Source: the human T2T-CHM13v2.0 reference genome, Homo sapiens
Direction: 5' to 3'
Length of the DNA stretch: 64,000 nucleotides
Assembly: GCA_009914755.4 (NCBI GenBank)
Contig: CP068257.2
Coordinates: forward strand, 24,096,001-24,160,000
The notes beneath the pieces are model-generated. The model was not told the origin of the DNA. It saw only the letters and a program-made list of their open reading frames with translations, and did not search any database. Of this stretch, positions 13,798 to 28,930 are shown one piece after another (the stretch's first letter is position 1; each line of letters opens with the position of its first letter). Made by a program: the position numbers and the translations under genes.

Positions 13798-16332
13798 GTA
13801 ATAAAATGCATAATTCTATATTGGGTAGAATAATAGGAATTAAGCTTGACATAGAAGACACTAGGGTAAGTTATAATCTATTTTACATGTAGAGTTATTA
13901 GGATGAATGTTGATTTTCTGTATCTCTCTTTTAATTGTAACGCACATTTAAGCTCATGTGGTGGACAAATTCTGTCCTGCGTGCAGGAAATACAAAGAAG
14001 TCTAAAAAATTTCTGCTCTTAGGGTGTTGAGAGTGTAGTTGAAGAGAGAGAAGATAGATGAAAAGAGATAATTGCCATAAAAGGTAACATGTTTTTAAAC
14101 TGCCAGTAACTCTTGTAGAAGTATGCTATTGGAATCTCAAAGAGATCATAGTTGCCCTGAGGGAAAGCTGAAAAGAGTTTATTATAAATAAGATACCATT
14201 GGGCAGAGAAAGACATTTAAGACAGGAAATGTTATGTGCAAAGCTTAGACCTGGGGGTATGCATGAGTAGTGAGAAAATGGAGTGGTTAAGGAGTTACTC
14301 TGTAGCATTACAGAACTGTTTTTGATTGATGAAAATGATAATTGAAAAATGAATATGGTGGCAATATATGGCATAAGTTGGAACAGGTAGAGACTAAGTG
14401 AAGGGAAAACAGGAGCATATTATTATAGTTGTGACTGGATGATAATGTCTACATTAGCCCAGACTCCAGATGATTTCTTTGGGAGTAGCAAGGAAAAAGT
14501 GGATGAAAACAGTGATAGGACTGAGCAGATTGACAGATTTTATGAGGGTAGAGAGGGAAGATACAAGTATTGATCTAACTTCTCAAGCTTCATCTTGGTG
14601 ACTAAAACAGTAATAATCTTGATAAAAATTGGTTCCATCATCATTACATATTTAGTGAACACTACCGTACACCAGGCACCATGTTAAATGCTGGGCTTAA
14701 TTAAGATGGTGCACTATGAAGAGCATGCTTTCAAAAGCCCAGTTGGGGAAGTAGAGAAGTCTGGTATAGGAAATGTTTTTTTCAAGAGAAGGTGGATAGC
14801 ACTTGATTTTGATGTGGAAGTTTATATTCAGCTGGAGGTTAGCCAGAAAATGGTTTCAGTTATATAAGATTTGGGCTGGAGACAAAGATGTTATATGAGA
14901 CTCATTCCCACTGAATTTATATTTGAAGCTATAAAAGTCTACGTAGTCCCTGATGGAAAGCGAGAAATGGAAAAGAACACACAACTAAAGGCATATACAC
15001 TTGACCCTGTAAACATTTAGGGTTGGAGAAAAGGGAGACAAGAAATAACTGAAGAGACAGAAAGAAAGTAATAACTTATATGTATAGTGTCACTGAAATT
15101 GAGGGGAGAGTTTGGATGGTCAAGACTCTCAGATGCTGCTGAGAAAGTCAAAGAATGCTGACTGATATCTATTAAATTTGATGATCAGAGGATTATTCTT
15201 AAATTTAGACAGAAGTAACTAGAGTTGGCGAGACAAAACAGAATTATAAGAAATAGATATCTTAGAAATGGGGGCAGATGAGGAAGAATGCTGGGGTAAC
15301 AAATAAATAATACTGATCTTCCAAGAGTTGGCGGGGACCTGAGTGTATTTGTAAATGAAACAGTATTGTCGGGTTTTTGTCCTTTTTTTATTTTTTATTT
15401 TTAGAGACAAGGTTGTACCTGGGGAGCAGGGCTGATGACAGAAAGGCTGTATTGTAGAACCACTGTTTTCCCTAGGACATTTTTTTTCTTTCTTTAAACC
15501 AAACCTAAAAGATACACAGTAAATGAGAGAGCTTACCCATGGAACTGAAAGAGAGCTATGGAACCAGACAGCTAATGTAGAATTTCAGTCTGTCCCTCCG
15601 CTGCCCAGTACTGTAGCCACTAATCACACGTCAGCACTTGAAGTGTCTCTGGTCAAAATTAAGATGGGTTGTAAATGTAAAAATACCCATTAAAAGAAAA
15701 AGTATAAAATCTTTTCTAATTTTTTATATTAATTACCAGTTGAAATAACATTTGGAACATTAAGTTAAAATAAATTCATTATTAAGATGTATTTGACCAA
15801 CTTTTTAAATGTAACTATTAGAAAATTTAAAATTACATAATGGTCTGCATTGTATTTCTGTTGGACAGCCCTGATCTTGATAATTGTAGCCTTCAGTTCT
15901 GGATGTTCTTACTGCATTATTTTGATAAATACCTGTGTTCTTTTTGCTGGAACTCCTGTTGAATCTCTTGAGTTGATCTGCTGCATCTTTTTTCTTGTTT
16001 ATTTTTCATCTTACCTATCTGCACTACTTTCTGCCAGATTTTCTTGTGTTTTTAATATAACCTATCTGATTTTTAATTTACAAGGGCTCTTCATTTTTGT
16101 TTGTTCCTTTCTGTAGCATTCTGATCTTATATTGCCAATATCGTGTTTTCTCCTACTTCTCTGAGTATATTGATTATATATTTTTTTTTAACTTTTAAAA
16201 AGCTTTACCGTGGTATATCTGTTTCTTGTGGATTCTGTTTTTCTTGTGGTTTTTGTTTGTGTTGTTTTTAACCTTTCCCAAGTATCTAATTATTTTTGCC
16301 CATCTTTTCATATTTAAGAATTAATCACTTTA

Positions 16333-16651
<319 letters not shown>

Positions 16652-16710
16652 TTAATGCGAAGTTCTGAAGGATTTGATAACTATATGCTGATAAAACGAG
16701 GCATTGACTA

Positions 16711-17026
<316 letters not shown>

Positions 17027-19404
17027 AAGAGTTTCAAACGTGTCAATATTTATAGATCTTTTTGCAGATACCTGTCAGCAGTAGAAGATAGGGGTGAGCA
17101 TTTGGGGTAGGTGTGTATGTGAATACTGTGTTGTGGAACTGGAAAAGGAAGTAGAGCAGGGAGGAGGTAGAGAAGGTGGAGACGGTCTCACTCTTCAGTT
17201 TATAGGCTTTTATTACTGGGAATTGTTCTCTCAGTGTCTGTTCGTGTCTCTCCCCATCTATTAATAAATGTTTTCCCGGTGTCCACATGTGTGGGGTGCA
17301 CTCATTTAACTGGCCCCCCAAATGAAAGAGAGACCCTGGAGGTTCTAACCACACCATCTACTTTAAATCTGTCTCCTTATTTTCAGCTTTAAGCCTCTTG
17401 CTACTCAGAACCACCATGACTTGAACCAGTGAAGGGGGTTCTGCAGGCAGGAATTCTCTCACTTCTTACTGGCATCCTCCTTGGCAAACATTTTAGGTCA
17501 TAGTTTTCCCCTCCTATGCCAAATCGATTACCACTCTGCTTATTGTCTTCAAAACATTAGATTAAATCTTTCATCCATGCCTGTCACTTTGTACTCATGT
17601 TCCTATGATTTTGCATCTTTTAAAAATTCCTTTACTGTTGTTTTACTAGAGTCTTAGAGAAAGGAGGCAGAACATGGGTGGACAATTAGTTATGTTAAAC
17701 CAGAAGTCCTGATATTTGAGAAAACAAATCAGACAAATTATATTTTTCCCTGAGTTTTATTTTTAAATTTTTATGTGAAATTAACTTTGTTTTTCTTTTA
17801 AAAGAGGTGTGTTTCAGGATAGCTTTTCTATTTAACTCTGCTTCTGTTGTTTTCAAGTAGTATAGTACTCACAGATAAGGCAACTTTCTTTTTCAGTTCT
17901 TGTCGACTTTTACCTGGGCCTTCTCCTCTTTCCTTTTCCTTGGCGTCCCTCTGCTGCTCACTTCTAGTTCCACTCTGCCAGTTTCTCCTTACTGTGGGCC
18001 ATTCTCCTGAAAGTGGTTCTTGGCTCAGTTTGACAAACACCCAGGTGCTACATTGCTTCAGCCCTTTAAATCTTAACACACACTGCAGCTATTGGATTGG
18101 GCGAAACTGCTTTTTAGCGTTGCTTTCATCTTGTCCTGTTGTACTTTGAATGCATGCTTCTTGGCTGCGCTCAGGTTTTCCTATGATCAGAGTGGGTCAC
18201 ACTTCCCTTGCTTCCCTTTGCTTTCTCCTGCACACAAGCTAAGACCATGGAGGTCTTATAGCTGTTATTGCTTTGTCTTTACCCTCTTGTATCTTGAGGT
18301 CCATGAAGATATCTTGTCACCTGGTTTTATGTAAATGTTCATGGGTTTTTGGTTTTGTTCTCCAGTCACTTTTTTATGTTTATGTGTACAATTCAGAAAA
18401 ATTAAAAAACTTTGCCACCATCTTCCTAGAATCCTCACTTAACAACTTTATGGAAAAATTTTAAAATATATATTCTGTGGCTATTAATCCTGTATTCTTA
18501 GAATGCTTGCTTTTGCCTTTTGAGGCTAGGGCACCTCTGTTCCTTTAGTCTCAAATGGAATAGTTTCAGTTTCAATAGCACTTTGCCTCTTTGAAGAACT
18601 TTTATAAAATTCTTATGTTTGATTTATTTTCACTATAATTTGCCCTCGATACCTAAATGTTATTTTTTTTCTACTTTTCTTATTGAATAGCATTTATTTA
18701 TTGGGTATATAACCAATATTATTTGAATAGATCATCTTCTTAAAGTGGGAGTACCAGAACCAAAACTAATTTAGCTAATATGTATTAAACTTACACAGAT
18801 AGAATGCTCTATTAGGTGCGGGTGATACAGCAATGTAATATTTATAGATATTGGCCATATTTTTTTATTTATGAATTCAATTAGGTAGTAAATGATAGGG
18901 AAAAGGAAAATTATTTGGATATACTCTTTAAGATTAAACAAGTGTATGAGCAAGGCACTGTTAGGTTCTAAAGATAGAATGGTTTACAAGACACATTTCT
19001 TGTATTAGTGTGTTGTGAGGGGACAGCTGAGTAAAACAGGCAATTACCATGTTTATTTATTTATTGGAAATGCATCATAAGGGTAAATGCAGGAGCAGCC
19101 AGCTTTTTACAGGAAGGAAAAGGGAGGAAAAAGGATATGGTTCATAGTTTGGAGAATAAAGCTAGCTTCTTAGAATCCCCTTTTGATTTTTTTTCAATGC
19201 AACTGCAAATTTTTTTAAACTTGGATAATTTACTTTATTCTCTCCAGAATAATCTCATATTTTATTCTTTCATTTGGCCCACTGGAGAGCAGTTTTGCAT
19301 TTTGTTTTTCTTGATACAGTTCCAGCTGAGGTTGAACCAAGTGACTGCATCAGAAATTTAGATTAAGAAATTGGAAAGGAGCTGAGGAAAAAATTACAGC
19401 ATAA

Positions 19405-19427
19405 TTTTTTTTTTTTTTTTTTTTTTT
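19405..19427. repeat. Mononucleotide (T)23 tract in intron 5, about 140 bp upstream of the PNT-domain exon, followed by a (TG)n/(GT)n microsatellite at about 19470-19492.
   Basis: Read directly. Confidence 0.9.
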
Positions 19428-19564
19428 GCTTCATATAGTAAGTTTACCTCATATACTTGGGGAAAGAAAACATCTGTGTGTATGTGTGTGTATTGAGAAG
19501 TTAACTGTAAATTTACACAGTATCTAAAATGGAACTAGGCTAAAGTGAATATTTTTCTTTCTAG

Positions 19565-19759
19565 ATCCCATACAGTGGTCCACAGACCAAGTCCTGCATT
19601 GGGTGGTTTGGGTAATGAAGGAATTCAGCATGACCGATATAGACCTCACCACACTCAACATTTCGGGGAGAGAATTATGTAGTCTCAACCAAGAAGATTT
19701 TTTTCAGCGGGTTCCTCGGGGAGAAATTCTCTGGAGTCATCTGGAACTTCTCCGAAAAT
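19565..19759 (+). CDS. GABPA: GABPA coding exon encoding the PNT (pointed/SAM) domain: (D)PIQWSTDQVLHWVVWVMKEFSMTDIDLTTLNISGRELCSLNQEDFFQRVPRGEILWSHLELLRK.
   Basis: ORF track 19603..19797 carries the PNT-domain peptide. Acceptor ttctag|at, donor aaaat|gtatga. Confidence 0.92.
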
Positions 19760-19964
19760 GTATGAAATTACAGTTATTTCTTTACATTGTAATTTAAGCT
19801 TAATTTTATTTCCTTGTAACTTTGTTTTCATCTTAGTTGTTTATTGATAATGATAAGTAATAAGCAATAATAATTAACATTTATTTACTGTATAATGCTA
19901 TGCTGAAAGCTCTATATGTTCTTTAATTCCTATAGTAACACCATAAGTCATTACTTTGCTTATT

Positions 19965-20100
19965 TTTTAGATAGGAAAGTGAGGCTTTGAGAGCCCCATA
20001 AAGTCACAGCTAGGAAGTGGCAGAGCCAGGATTCAAGCCCAGGCTAACATTAGAATCCAAGTTCTTAAATCAGATGCTGTGCCCTACACTTAGCCCTCTT
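19965..20100 (+). mobile_element. MIR fragment.
   Basis: ataggaaagtgaggctttgagagccccataaagtcacagctaggaagtggcagagccaggattcaagcccaggctaacattagaatccaagttcttaa matches the MIR core. Confidence 0.7.
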
Positions 20101-20350
20101 CATATATTCCATTTGTTGCCTTCTGTTTGATCAGCTCTTACATTTACTGCTCATCTAGAAACGGAAGAGATCATTTGTTTACAGGTGGCTTCCTACCCAT
20201 TCTCTTCATTATTGATGAGATTAAATCTTTTTTGAAGTCTTTACTATTAATTGAATAGAGTCTTAAGAGGGAAGGAAGTGTATGCAGCCACCTTTTGGCA
20301 TTGGAAGCCATTGGTTATAAGTTTTTCCACTTATAACTTGTAAGGCTTCA

Positions 20351-20640
<290 letters not shown>

Positions 20641-20978
20641 AGAAGTTTGGAAACTACTTGGCTGTCCAAGAAAACAAGGCACAAATGTAAATTATTTTTG
20701 CTTGAATTTTAATCCATCTTATATTTCAGTCACTGTTAAGACACCGAAAGCAACCCATTCCTTGACAGTTTTGCATATCAGAAATGCTAGCCAGACCCAC
20801 ATATTTTTCAGAACACATGACTACAACATACTCTGACTTTGCTTTTGTATCAGTTATGGATGAAAATGTTAATGATAGCATTTTGTTTTATTATATACCC
20901 AATAAGGAGAGAGCTCTGGTGGAGGGATTTTTCCACCGTAATTCAATGCTTGCAGTTTTCATTCAAGGTGCTTTCTCT

Positions 20979-21060
20979 GGCCAGGTGCAGTGGCTCACTC
21001 CTGTAACCCCAGCACTTTGGGAGTCTGGGGTGGGCAGATCACTTGAGATGAGGAGTTGAA
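20979..21060 (+). mobile_element. Alu 5' fragment (about 80 bp).
   Basis: ggccaggtgcagtggctcactcctgtaaccccagcactttgggagtctggggtgggcagatcacttgag. Confidence 0.8.
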
Positions 21061-23866
21061 AGTGCTTTCTCTGCTGGTGAATAAGAAATGAGCTCTGGAG
21101 AGAGGCATTTCTTAATTGTTTATAATTTTATTCTTGTGAGGATTCTCCCAGATGTTTTTTTTAAGTATCTATGATACTAAAAGACTTAGTACATTCATTG
21201 TATTTGCAGCATTTATTTCCAATTTCCATTCTTACTAGATAAGTAAGTTGAATGTCCTGGTTGAAGCTTTGTCCTTGGTTTCACAGATTTCCTTCCCTGC
21301 AGAGGTTTTGAAATGAATAAGGTAGATTCTGAATTGTGAAACATGTGAGTCATGTTTATTGAAACACTTTCTTATAAGAAATCTCAAGAACACAACAAAG
21401 ATAGTGCATAGATGGTAGTTTCATTTTTCCCAAATCCACGTTTTTTCCAGTCTTTCCCAGGTCAGCTGTTTGTTGTGGCTGTCTCTTTCTGGTTCTCTTA
21501 TTGCTTCTCAAACTTTAAAGCTTATTCATAGGCTTTTCCCAGAACAGAAGTCAAAGGTGTCTTGTGTATCTTTCCATTTCCATGCAGTTGAATGAGTCTT
21601 CCTCAGAAAAGCTCTGCTCTGGAACCATTGCTTTGTCTTTTAAAGCAACAAAGTCCCACAGCCTAGATGAGTGTCTCACGGAATTTCTTGGTGATCCAGC
21701 CATGGTTCTTCACTCTGCCGGGGTAGGGAAATCCCATCTGCTTTGGAAATCTAGTGCTCAGTTCAGAATTGGGAGATGGGCAGGATGATGTGTAAGGGTA
21801 TTTCTAACAGACTTTCTAGAATTCACAAGTCTTACTTCTCAGAATAGGGTTTTTTGAGCTCAGTGTAGTTAGTACTCTGGTCCCTTCTGTAGAGAGAAGT
21901 CTGCAGCCTATCTGCGAAAGGCACTGATTCTGGGACAGAACTGTTAATAACCCAGCCTCTATTATCCATCCTCAGTGATCTCTCAAGAAGCAGCAGTACT
22001 GAAGAGGTAGGGCTCCTTCTTCAGATATTTGTATGAGATTATTCACCTGAGCCACCACCTGCCTGCAGTCCCCCCTATGTTGAAACTACATCCAAGTCCC
22101 ACTATACATGGGAGGATAATTAGGAAATGTCCCAGTACTACCAGTTCCATGATGTCCTTCTCGGTGTGAATCTCTGTCTTCTGTCACCAAAGGCAAAGGA
22201 AGTTCTCAGTTTGCTAAGGGTTTTATTTAGGAAAAATAATTGTTTTATTCCTGTAGTGTCTAATGTTTCTTCATAAAATGGCTCCATATCCCCCAGGGCT
22301 TTGCCTCTCAAGACTGCTTACTTTGTGTGTAGCAAGGATTTGGAGGTTTCAGGGAGGAATGTGATATTCAGAGTGCCTGTACTTTGAAGAGATTGGTCTT
22401 GGACCAGTCTTTCAAAAACTTTTTTTTTTTCCCCCTGTGGTCTGCCTTCTGTCTTGAGAGTTTCCAGGAAACAGACCAAACTCCAATCTGAGAATTAGGA
22501 CTTAGAAGGTGATTTTACAAGTTGATTATGCCTGTGCTGTGTGATGGTGATGCTTTCGTTTGCCTCTTTTGAGGCTAGGTTCCTTTAGTCTCAAATAGTT
22601 CCTCTTTGAGGAACTTTTATAAAATTCTGAGGAAAATTTACTACAAACATAAAGTGCGTATTTTTTTTATCAAGAGAGACCACAGTTCTGGAGGAGAATG
22701 CTCAGAACTAGGAGTCTGGATAAAACAGTGAGGTTGTCAGTTGACTGAAAAAGTAACTGTTTTGTGCACTGTGCTTTTTAAAAACATGTTTCTTTAATCC
22801 TCACAATAACCTCATGAGGCAGTAAGTATAGGTGTCTAATTTAAACTTGAAGAAGTTAATGTTGAAAGAGGTCGGTAATTTTACCAAAGTCATATAGTCA
22901 GTAAGAGCTAAGAACTAAATCCAGATCTGTCTGAAGCCAGTCCCATATAATTCTTAAGTCCTCAGTCTTCAGACCCTCAAAGCTCCCATCTGATAGGATT
23001 CTGACCTCTTTTTACTTCCCCAACCTTTTCCAGCTCTGCGTGTCTGGAACTGGATCCTGGCAAGGCACCCTTAGCGGAGTCTTCTTGGGAGCCCAGGCCT
23101 CAGTACCCAGAATGATTGCTGGAGGGTATAGTTTCAATTTCAAGAGAGAGGCATGCAATTTGTGATGGGCACAAAGTAGGCTGAAGTAATAGAGACTGGG
23201 ATGTGCAATTCTTGTGAGAGGTAAAGAATAACATCTAAGTAGGGAATAACAACAGATAAGTAATGAATGGTTCTGTAAAGCCTTATCTCAGGACCTTTAT
23301 AGTATTTTTATTTTGGGAACTATATTTTTAAATGTGAAATTATTTAGTTTAATTGAGACATTTAGGACTGCTACAATTGTGTTGAAAATTTGCTGTCTTT
23401 AAGTAGAAGCATTATAAAGCTTAAGCAGCTTTAGTCAAAAGTGGATGTTATAACAAATAATGGGAAGGAGGCCTTTTTGGTGGAGATACGTACCTAAATA
23501 ATTTAATTTTGGTGTATATTTTATCTTTGATCTGATCTTGAAGATTTCCATATTTTTACATGGCTTTATGTGGATTTCAATACAAATGTTTACATTTAGA
23601 AAACCATAGTTCTCTGCAGAACTTTACTGAACACTAAAAGACATTGGAGCTTTTCCCTGTGTTATTTCTCTTAAGGTATCTTTTCCTTTTAAAGTGACTA
23701 TCAAATATTTTTAAGGTTTTTATGCCAGTAAGTTTCAGTTCAGTGTTTTGGTTTTAATTGTGGAGTTCTTTTTAAAAGAACCATGTTTATTAAGTTGAGT
23801 TTTATTGGATTGGGGTTTTTATATTTTTGGTTTTAAATAAAAACAAAAAATTTTTGTTTTTTTCAG

Positions 23867-23920
23867 ATGTATTGGCAAGTCAAGAACAACAGATGAATGA
23901 AATAGTTACAATTGATCAAC
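23867..23920 (+). CDS. GABPA: GABPA coding exon (Y)VLASQEQQMNEIVTIDQ, 54 nt.
   Basis: Acceptor preceded by a long polypyrimidine tract tttttgttttttttcag|at. Donor caac|gtgagt. In frame. Confidence 0.88.
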
Positions 23921-25766
23921 GTGAGTATTTGTACCTATATTTGCCCTTTTATTAATAAGAAATGTTTATTTGATACCGCAAGGTAATAAAAAGGAAAATT
24001 ATTTAAAAAAATTTTTTTTCTACACACAAAATATCTTTTGTTCTGTGGAATGAAAGCTCGACACAAGTACTTTATAAGATCCACTCATGTGTTTTTAAAT
24101 GATACGATTAACATAACAGCTTGCTTTGTATCTCAGTTCACCAAAATTTGTTAGGACATCATTTGTTTCATCTTTACTGACTGTTAATTACCAAGTTGTA
24201 AGAACAATTCTAACCACATTCATACCTGACAGAACTTTCATGCCTGATAATAACTGGATATTAGGTAGCATCCAATTGAAATATCAGTATAGGTTGGATA
24301 CAGCAGAGAAAATATTCAAGTGTCCAAAACAAACTTGAGGAGTTACAGTGGGTTTGAAATGAAGAAAAAAGGCCAAGTTAAAATAGGAAAACAAATAGTT
24401 TTCATTTGGTGGGAGTTGCAATCAAAGTATACAGTTGTATACATTCTAATGGATCATCTGTCCCATGTGGCATTTTCCAAGGCTTGAAGAGTCTACCAGG
24501 GCAAACCCTTCGCCGCCTCCACTACTTTTGCTTGGCTTTTCCCCTTTCTTTTCTCTCGCTTTGCCTTCAGCTTTATTCTTTACCTTTGATTCATCTATAT
24601 TGGGTACTGTACTTGCTAGAAGTACAGTCTAGAAGAGTCTTTTTGTTTCTCTTAATATCCATCTCCATTTTCATGTCATCTTTTCCATCTTTTACCTCAT
24701 GTTGCATTTTCTCTTGGCATGTTTGGGTTTGGGTACCACCACAGTTGCTGTCTCTTAAACATCTTTCATTAAAACATTACTGTCTAGTTTGAGAATACTT
24801 TTAAGCCTGCTGAGCTCTTTTGGGGCATTTTTCCCCCCTTTTCAGCATGCATCTTTCTTTTCCGCTTATGCCATAAGCTTTTAGCTATGTTTTACCTGAG
24901 GTACGAACACACACGTCACAAGATCATCCCAACCGGCTAAAATTTTTAATGAGGAATTTGAGATACACAAAGAAAGTATAACTAACACCTGTGTACATCA
25001 TTAGAAATAAAATTTTTTACACCAAGTATACCTGTTGTAGGTTTCATTTTCCTCTCTCCTACCAGAGAACTATCTTGAATTTTATGTTTATTACTGTCTG
25101 CATATTTTATATTTTTACCAACTATGTAATCGTAAACACTGTATAGCATTGTTTTCCACATGTTTAAACATTGTTTGTAAAATAATACATTGTACATATT
25201 ATTTTATAACTTTTTTATCATTTGAGAATTACTCATGTTGATACTTGCAGCTGTTTCATTCATTTTCACTGCTGTATCTTTTAAATGCTGTGAAAACATC
25301 ATTGAATGAATATTTGTAAGAACATGTGTGAGATGTTCGTGTCATAGGGTTTCTATCCTTTCAGCCTTACTCCAGATATTGCCAGATTCTCAAAGTGGTG
25401 GTGTGAATTCTCATTTGTCCACATTTAGTACAATATATTTGACAAACCGTTTTTATGAACAAATGTTTTAAGAACAAACATGTTTAAATACTCTCTTTGT
25501 CTAATGTGTATGCATCACTAAGTTATTTCCAAACAAGAATACTAGCTCTTACTAAGATGCACAAACTATAATGCAAGCGTTATACTTTACCATCTGAACT
25601 TTTTTGTTATTTTGTTTGAAATTGTGGATTGAGGCTTTCTGTAGTGAAGTACTTTCTTGGGGGTAATTCATAGGGCATTAGTTAAAGTGATAATGTCTTT
25701 CAGTAATTTTTTTTTTTTCCTGCTTGTATTGGAAGAAAAAAAATTTCTCCTTGTCTGTCTTTGCAG

Positions 25767-25907
25767 CTGTGCAAATTATTCCAGCATCAGTGCAATCTGC
25801 TACACCTACTACCATTAAAGTTATAAATAGTAGTGCGAAAGCAGCCAAAGTACAAAGAGCGCCGAGGATTTCAGGAGAAGATAGAAGCTCACCTGGGAAC
25901 AGAACAG
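25767..25907 (+). CDS. GABPA: GABPA coding exon (P)VQIIPASVQSATPTTIKVINSSAKAAKVQRAPRISGEDRSSPGNRT.
   Basis: ORF track 25724..25954 contains ...AAVQIIPASVQSATPTTIKVINSSAKAAKVQRAPRISGEDRSSPGNRT. Acceptor ttgcag|ct, donor acag|gtattt. Confidence 0.92.
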
Positions 25908-26151
25908 GTATTTTTGTATTTTCTTGTATTTATAAAATATATCTATCTAATTAGGTATATTTTGTTGTATTTTACTGTATGAAAAATGTGAATTTGGACT
26001 ATCCCTCTGGCAGTTTTTAGACAGCATTTCTAGAAAAACAAAAATTGTTTTTGCCATGGCTGAGATTTAAACCACGGGACCAGTTTGTTGTCTTTGCCTT
26101 GGGCTAATCTATAACACTATAGCTAATGCTTTGTTCCTCTTACCAATTTAG

Positions 26152-26344
26152 GAAACAATGGCCAAATCCAACTATGGCAGTTTTTGCTAGAACTTCTTAC
26201 TGATAAGGACGCTCGAGACTGCATTTCTTGGGTTGGTGATGAAGGTGAATTTAAGCTAAATCAGCCTGAACTGGTTGCACAGAAATGGGGACAGCGTAAA
26301 AATAAGCCTACGATGAACTATGAGAAACTCAGTCGTGCATTAAG
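26152..26344 (+). CDS. GABPA: GABPA coding exon, N-terminal part of the ETS DNA-binding domain: (G)[63 protein letters not shown](R).
   Basis: Acceptor aatttag|ga, donor ttaag|gtaagc. The conserved ETS motif LWQFLLELL...KLSRALRYYY is split across this exon and the next. Confidence 0.92.
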
Positions 26345-27559
26345 GTAAGCCTTTATTACTTTTTTTTCTGTTATCAAAAATAGAAACTTTCTAAAAAATA
26401 GTTTCTTATTCTAGATGTAATAAGCATTGTTATGTAATGATATTAAAAACTTGTTTATGTTTTTTTCTTTACATATTAAAAAACCTTTTTAAAAAGATCT
26501 TAATAATTTCGAGGTACAGTTTTTTTTTTACAAAATTACTCTAAGATTGTTTGTTTTTATCTGATTTGAAAGCTATAATACTCTGTCCCAAAAAAAAATG
26601 TTTAATTTTTGAGGTTTTTATTATTTGCATAGATGAATTGAGTGTTAGTTTTTAATGAGTAAGCAGAAACTGTCCTCTGTTTTTACAATTACAAGCAGAA
26701 TATTGACCCATTTTCTACACAATCTGCCTAAATCTGGATATCCAATCTTTACATTGATACAAACTCTCCGTAAGTAGTATAAGGTTTTTTGACAGAAATT
26801 ACTATCAGAAATTATGCCTACTACAGTGATGGAAATTCAACAGGTACATTTAAGTATCTGAGAAGAAGGATATATAAGAATATCACGGAATTATGTCTGA
26901 TTTTTTGGGAGATTGAATATAGTAAAATAGTTCTGCAATTCACGAGTTTTTCTAAATAGCATGCTTTTACTGCTTCTTCATGTTTCACTTGGCCATTTTC
27001 ACACTGAAAGATTATAATTTAGCTCACACACACACACTCTCCCTTCCCCTTTCCATCCCTTCATCTCAGTATCCCAATATAATTATATGGAAATTTTGGT
27101 TCAGCGAGTATTCATTGTTACAGTATTACGGCCATGTAACTATTATTACATAGTTGGCTGTGATTATTTTTCTTTTCCTGAATGACCCTTTTTTTCTCAG
27201 AGTTCATGAGTAACTAAAATGTTTAGTTTTCAAAATGCTTATCCTTTACCATTCAGTCTCAAACACATTGCCAACTGTCTAAAGATTCTTCGTTTATAAT
27301 CATAATTAAAGCTGCCATTTTTGAGAGTTGATACAGATTGTATACATACAAGTCCCCTCAAAATTACAGGTAAATTGTTAGAGTTAATAATTAAGATGTC
27401 AGTTCCCCCCCAGATTGATCTAAGTTTCAGTGCAGCAACTTAGTTTAATTTGAAAAATCAAACTAAGTTTTTCATAGAACTTGAGAAGATAATTGTAAAA
27501 TTTACATGGGACTATAAAGTACCATGGTAGTCAGGACACCTGAAGATTAGCAAAGTGGA

Positions 27560-28930
27560 AAGACTTGTCCCACAGGATATTGAGACTGACTCTAAAGTTA
27601 CAGTAATAAGACAGTTATGCTATTTTCTCAAGACAAATAGGCCATACAGTAGAATAGGGAGCCAAAATAGAACCAGGAATATGTAAGCATTTGATTTAAA
27701 GAAATGGCAGTGGGGAGAAAACATATGAGGAAACGACCTGCTTTTCAATAATCAGTGCTGGGATAATTTACTCTCCATCTCTGGGGAAAAGTAAAAGTTG
27801 ACCTCTTGCTTATGCCGTACCAAAAATCAATTCCATGTAGCTTGTAGCTCTACATGTAAAAAGTAAAATAGAAAAGGATCTAGAAATACTTTCATAACTT
27901 CTGGTGGTAGGGAGACATTTAAACAGAATCAAAAGGACTAATTCTAAAGGGAAAGATCAATAAACTGGACTATATTTAAATTAGGAATTTCTGTTCGTTG
28001 AAAGCCTTATTAAGAGAGCCACACATGTCGGACAGAAGTATCTAGAATATCTAACCAATTCTTACAAATCAATTTTTTAATGGGCAAGAGACTTGAATAG
28101 ACACCTCAGGCTAGAGATTATCCAAATGGCCAATGAATATATGCAAAGGTGTACGGCCTCATTAGTATTCAGAGTAATGCAATTGAAAACCATAATTAAA
28201 TGGTACAACTCACCCCCTAGAGTGGCTACAATTTAAAAGATTGCCAGAACTAAGCTCTGTTGAGGATATGGAGCAATGGGAATGCTTCTACCCTTTTGAT
28301 AGGAATGTAAATTGTAACAGTTGCTCCCCTAAGCAACTGTTTCATACACATCAAACAGAGATGTACTTCTATGCCCATACACATGTTCATAGCAGATTAT
28401 TTATAACATCCAAACCCCAGAAACAACCAGATATCTATCAACAGTAGAGTGAATGAATCATTTATGGTATATTCATACAAGAATACCTTGCATTCTTGAA
28501 AACTAAGCTCCTGCTACAAACAATGACCAGTGAACCTCACAAACATAATGTTCAGTGACAGAATCCAGACCCAAAAGACCAAATTCTGTATGATTACATT
28601 TATTTAGTAAAGTTCAAAAAACAGGAAAATTAAATTTCAGTATTTAGGGATGCATGTTTGGGTGATAAAAATATAAAGAAAAAGCAGTCAAATTACTATC
28701 ATGATACAGGCTTGTGTTTACCTTTTAGAGCCAGGATTTGGGGAGTGATTGGGAGGGGACATAAAGGGGATTCTAGATGCTGGCAGTGTTCTGTTTCTTG
28801 ACCTGAGTGATACTTAACAGGTGAGTGAATGTTCACTTTGTAATAAATCACTGAACTGTTCACTTCTGTGTCCTTTTGTTTGTGTGATATATTTGCAATT
28901 AAAAAGTTTAAAAAAATACAAGTTTAAAAA
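27560..28930 (+). mobile_element. Old L1 (L1M-type) ORF2 3' region plus 3' UTR fragment in intron 9.
   Basis: Similarity to the L1 ORF2 3' end: ...aataatcagtgctgggataatttactctccatc...aatgggcaagagacttgaatagacacctcag...aatggccaatgaatatatgcaaaggtg...aattgaaaaccataattaaatggtacaactcaccccctagagtggctacaatttaaaagattgccagaac..., ending in an A-rich stretch near 28925. Confidence 0.7.

Noticed and set aside
17828-18464. Cluster of overlapping 60-100-aa ORFs on both strands in intron 5.
   Set aside because: Overlapping frames on both strands with Ser/Leu/Cys-rich low-complexity translations and no flanking splice consensus. Typical of pyrimidine-rich intronic sequence, not exons.
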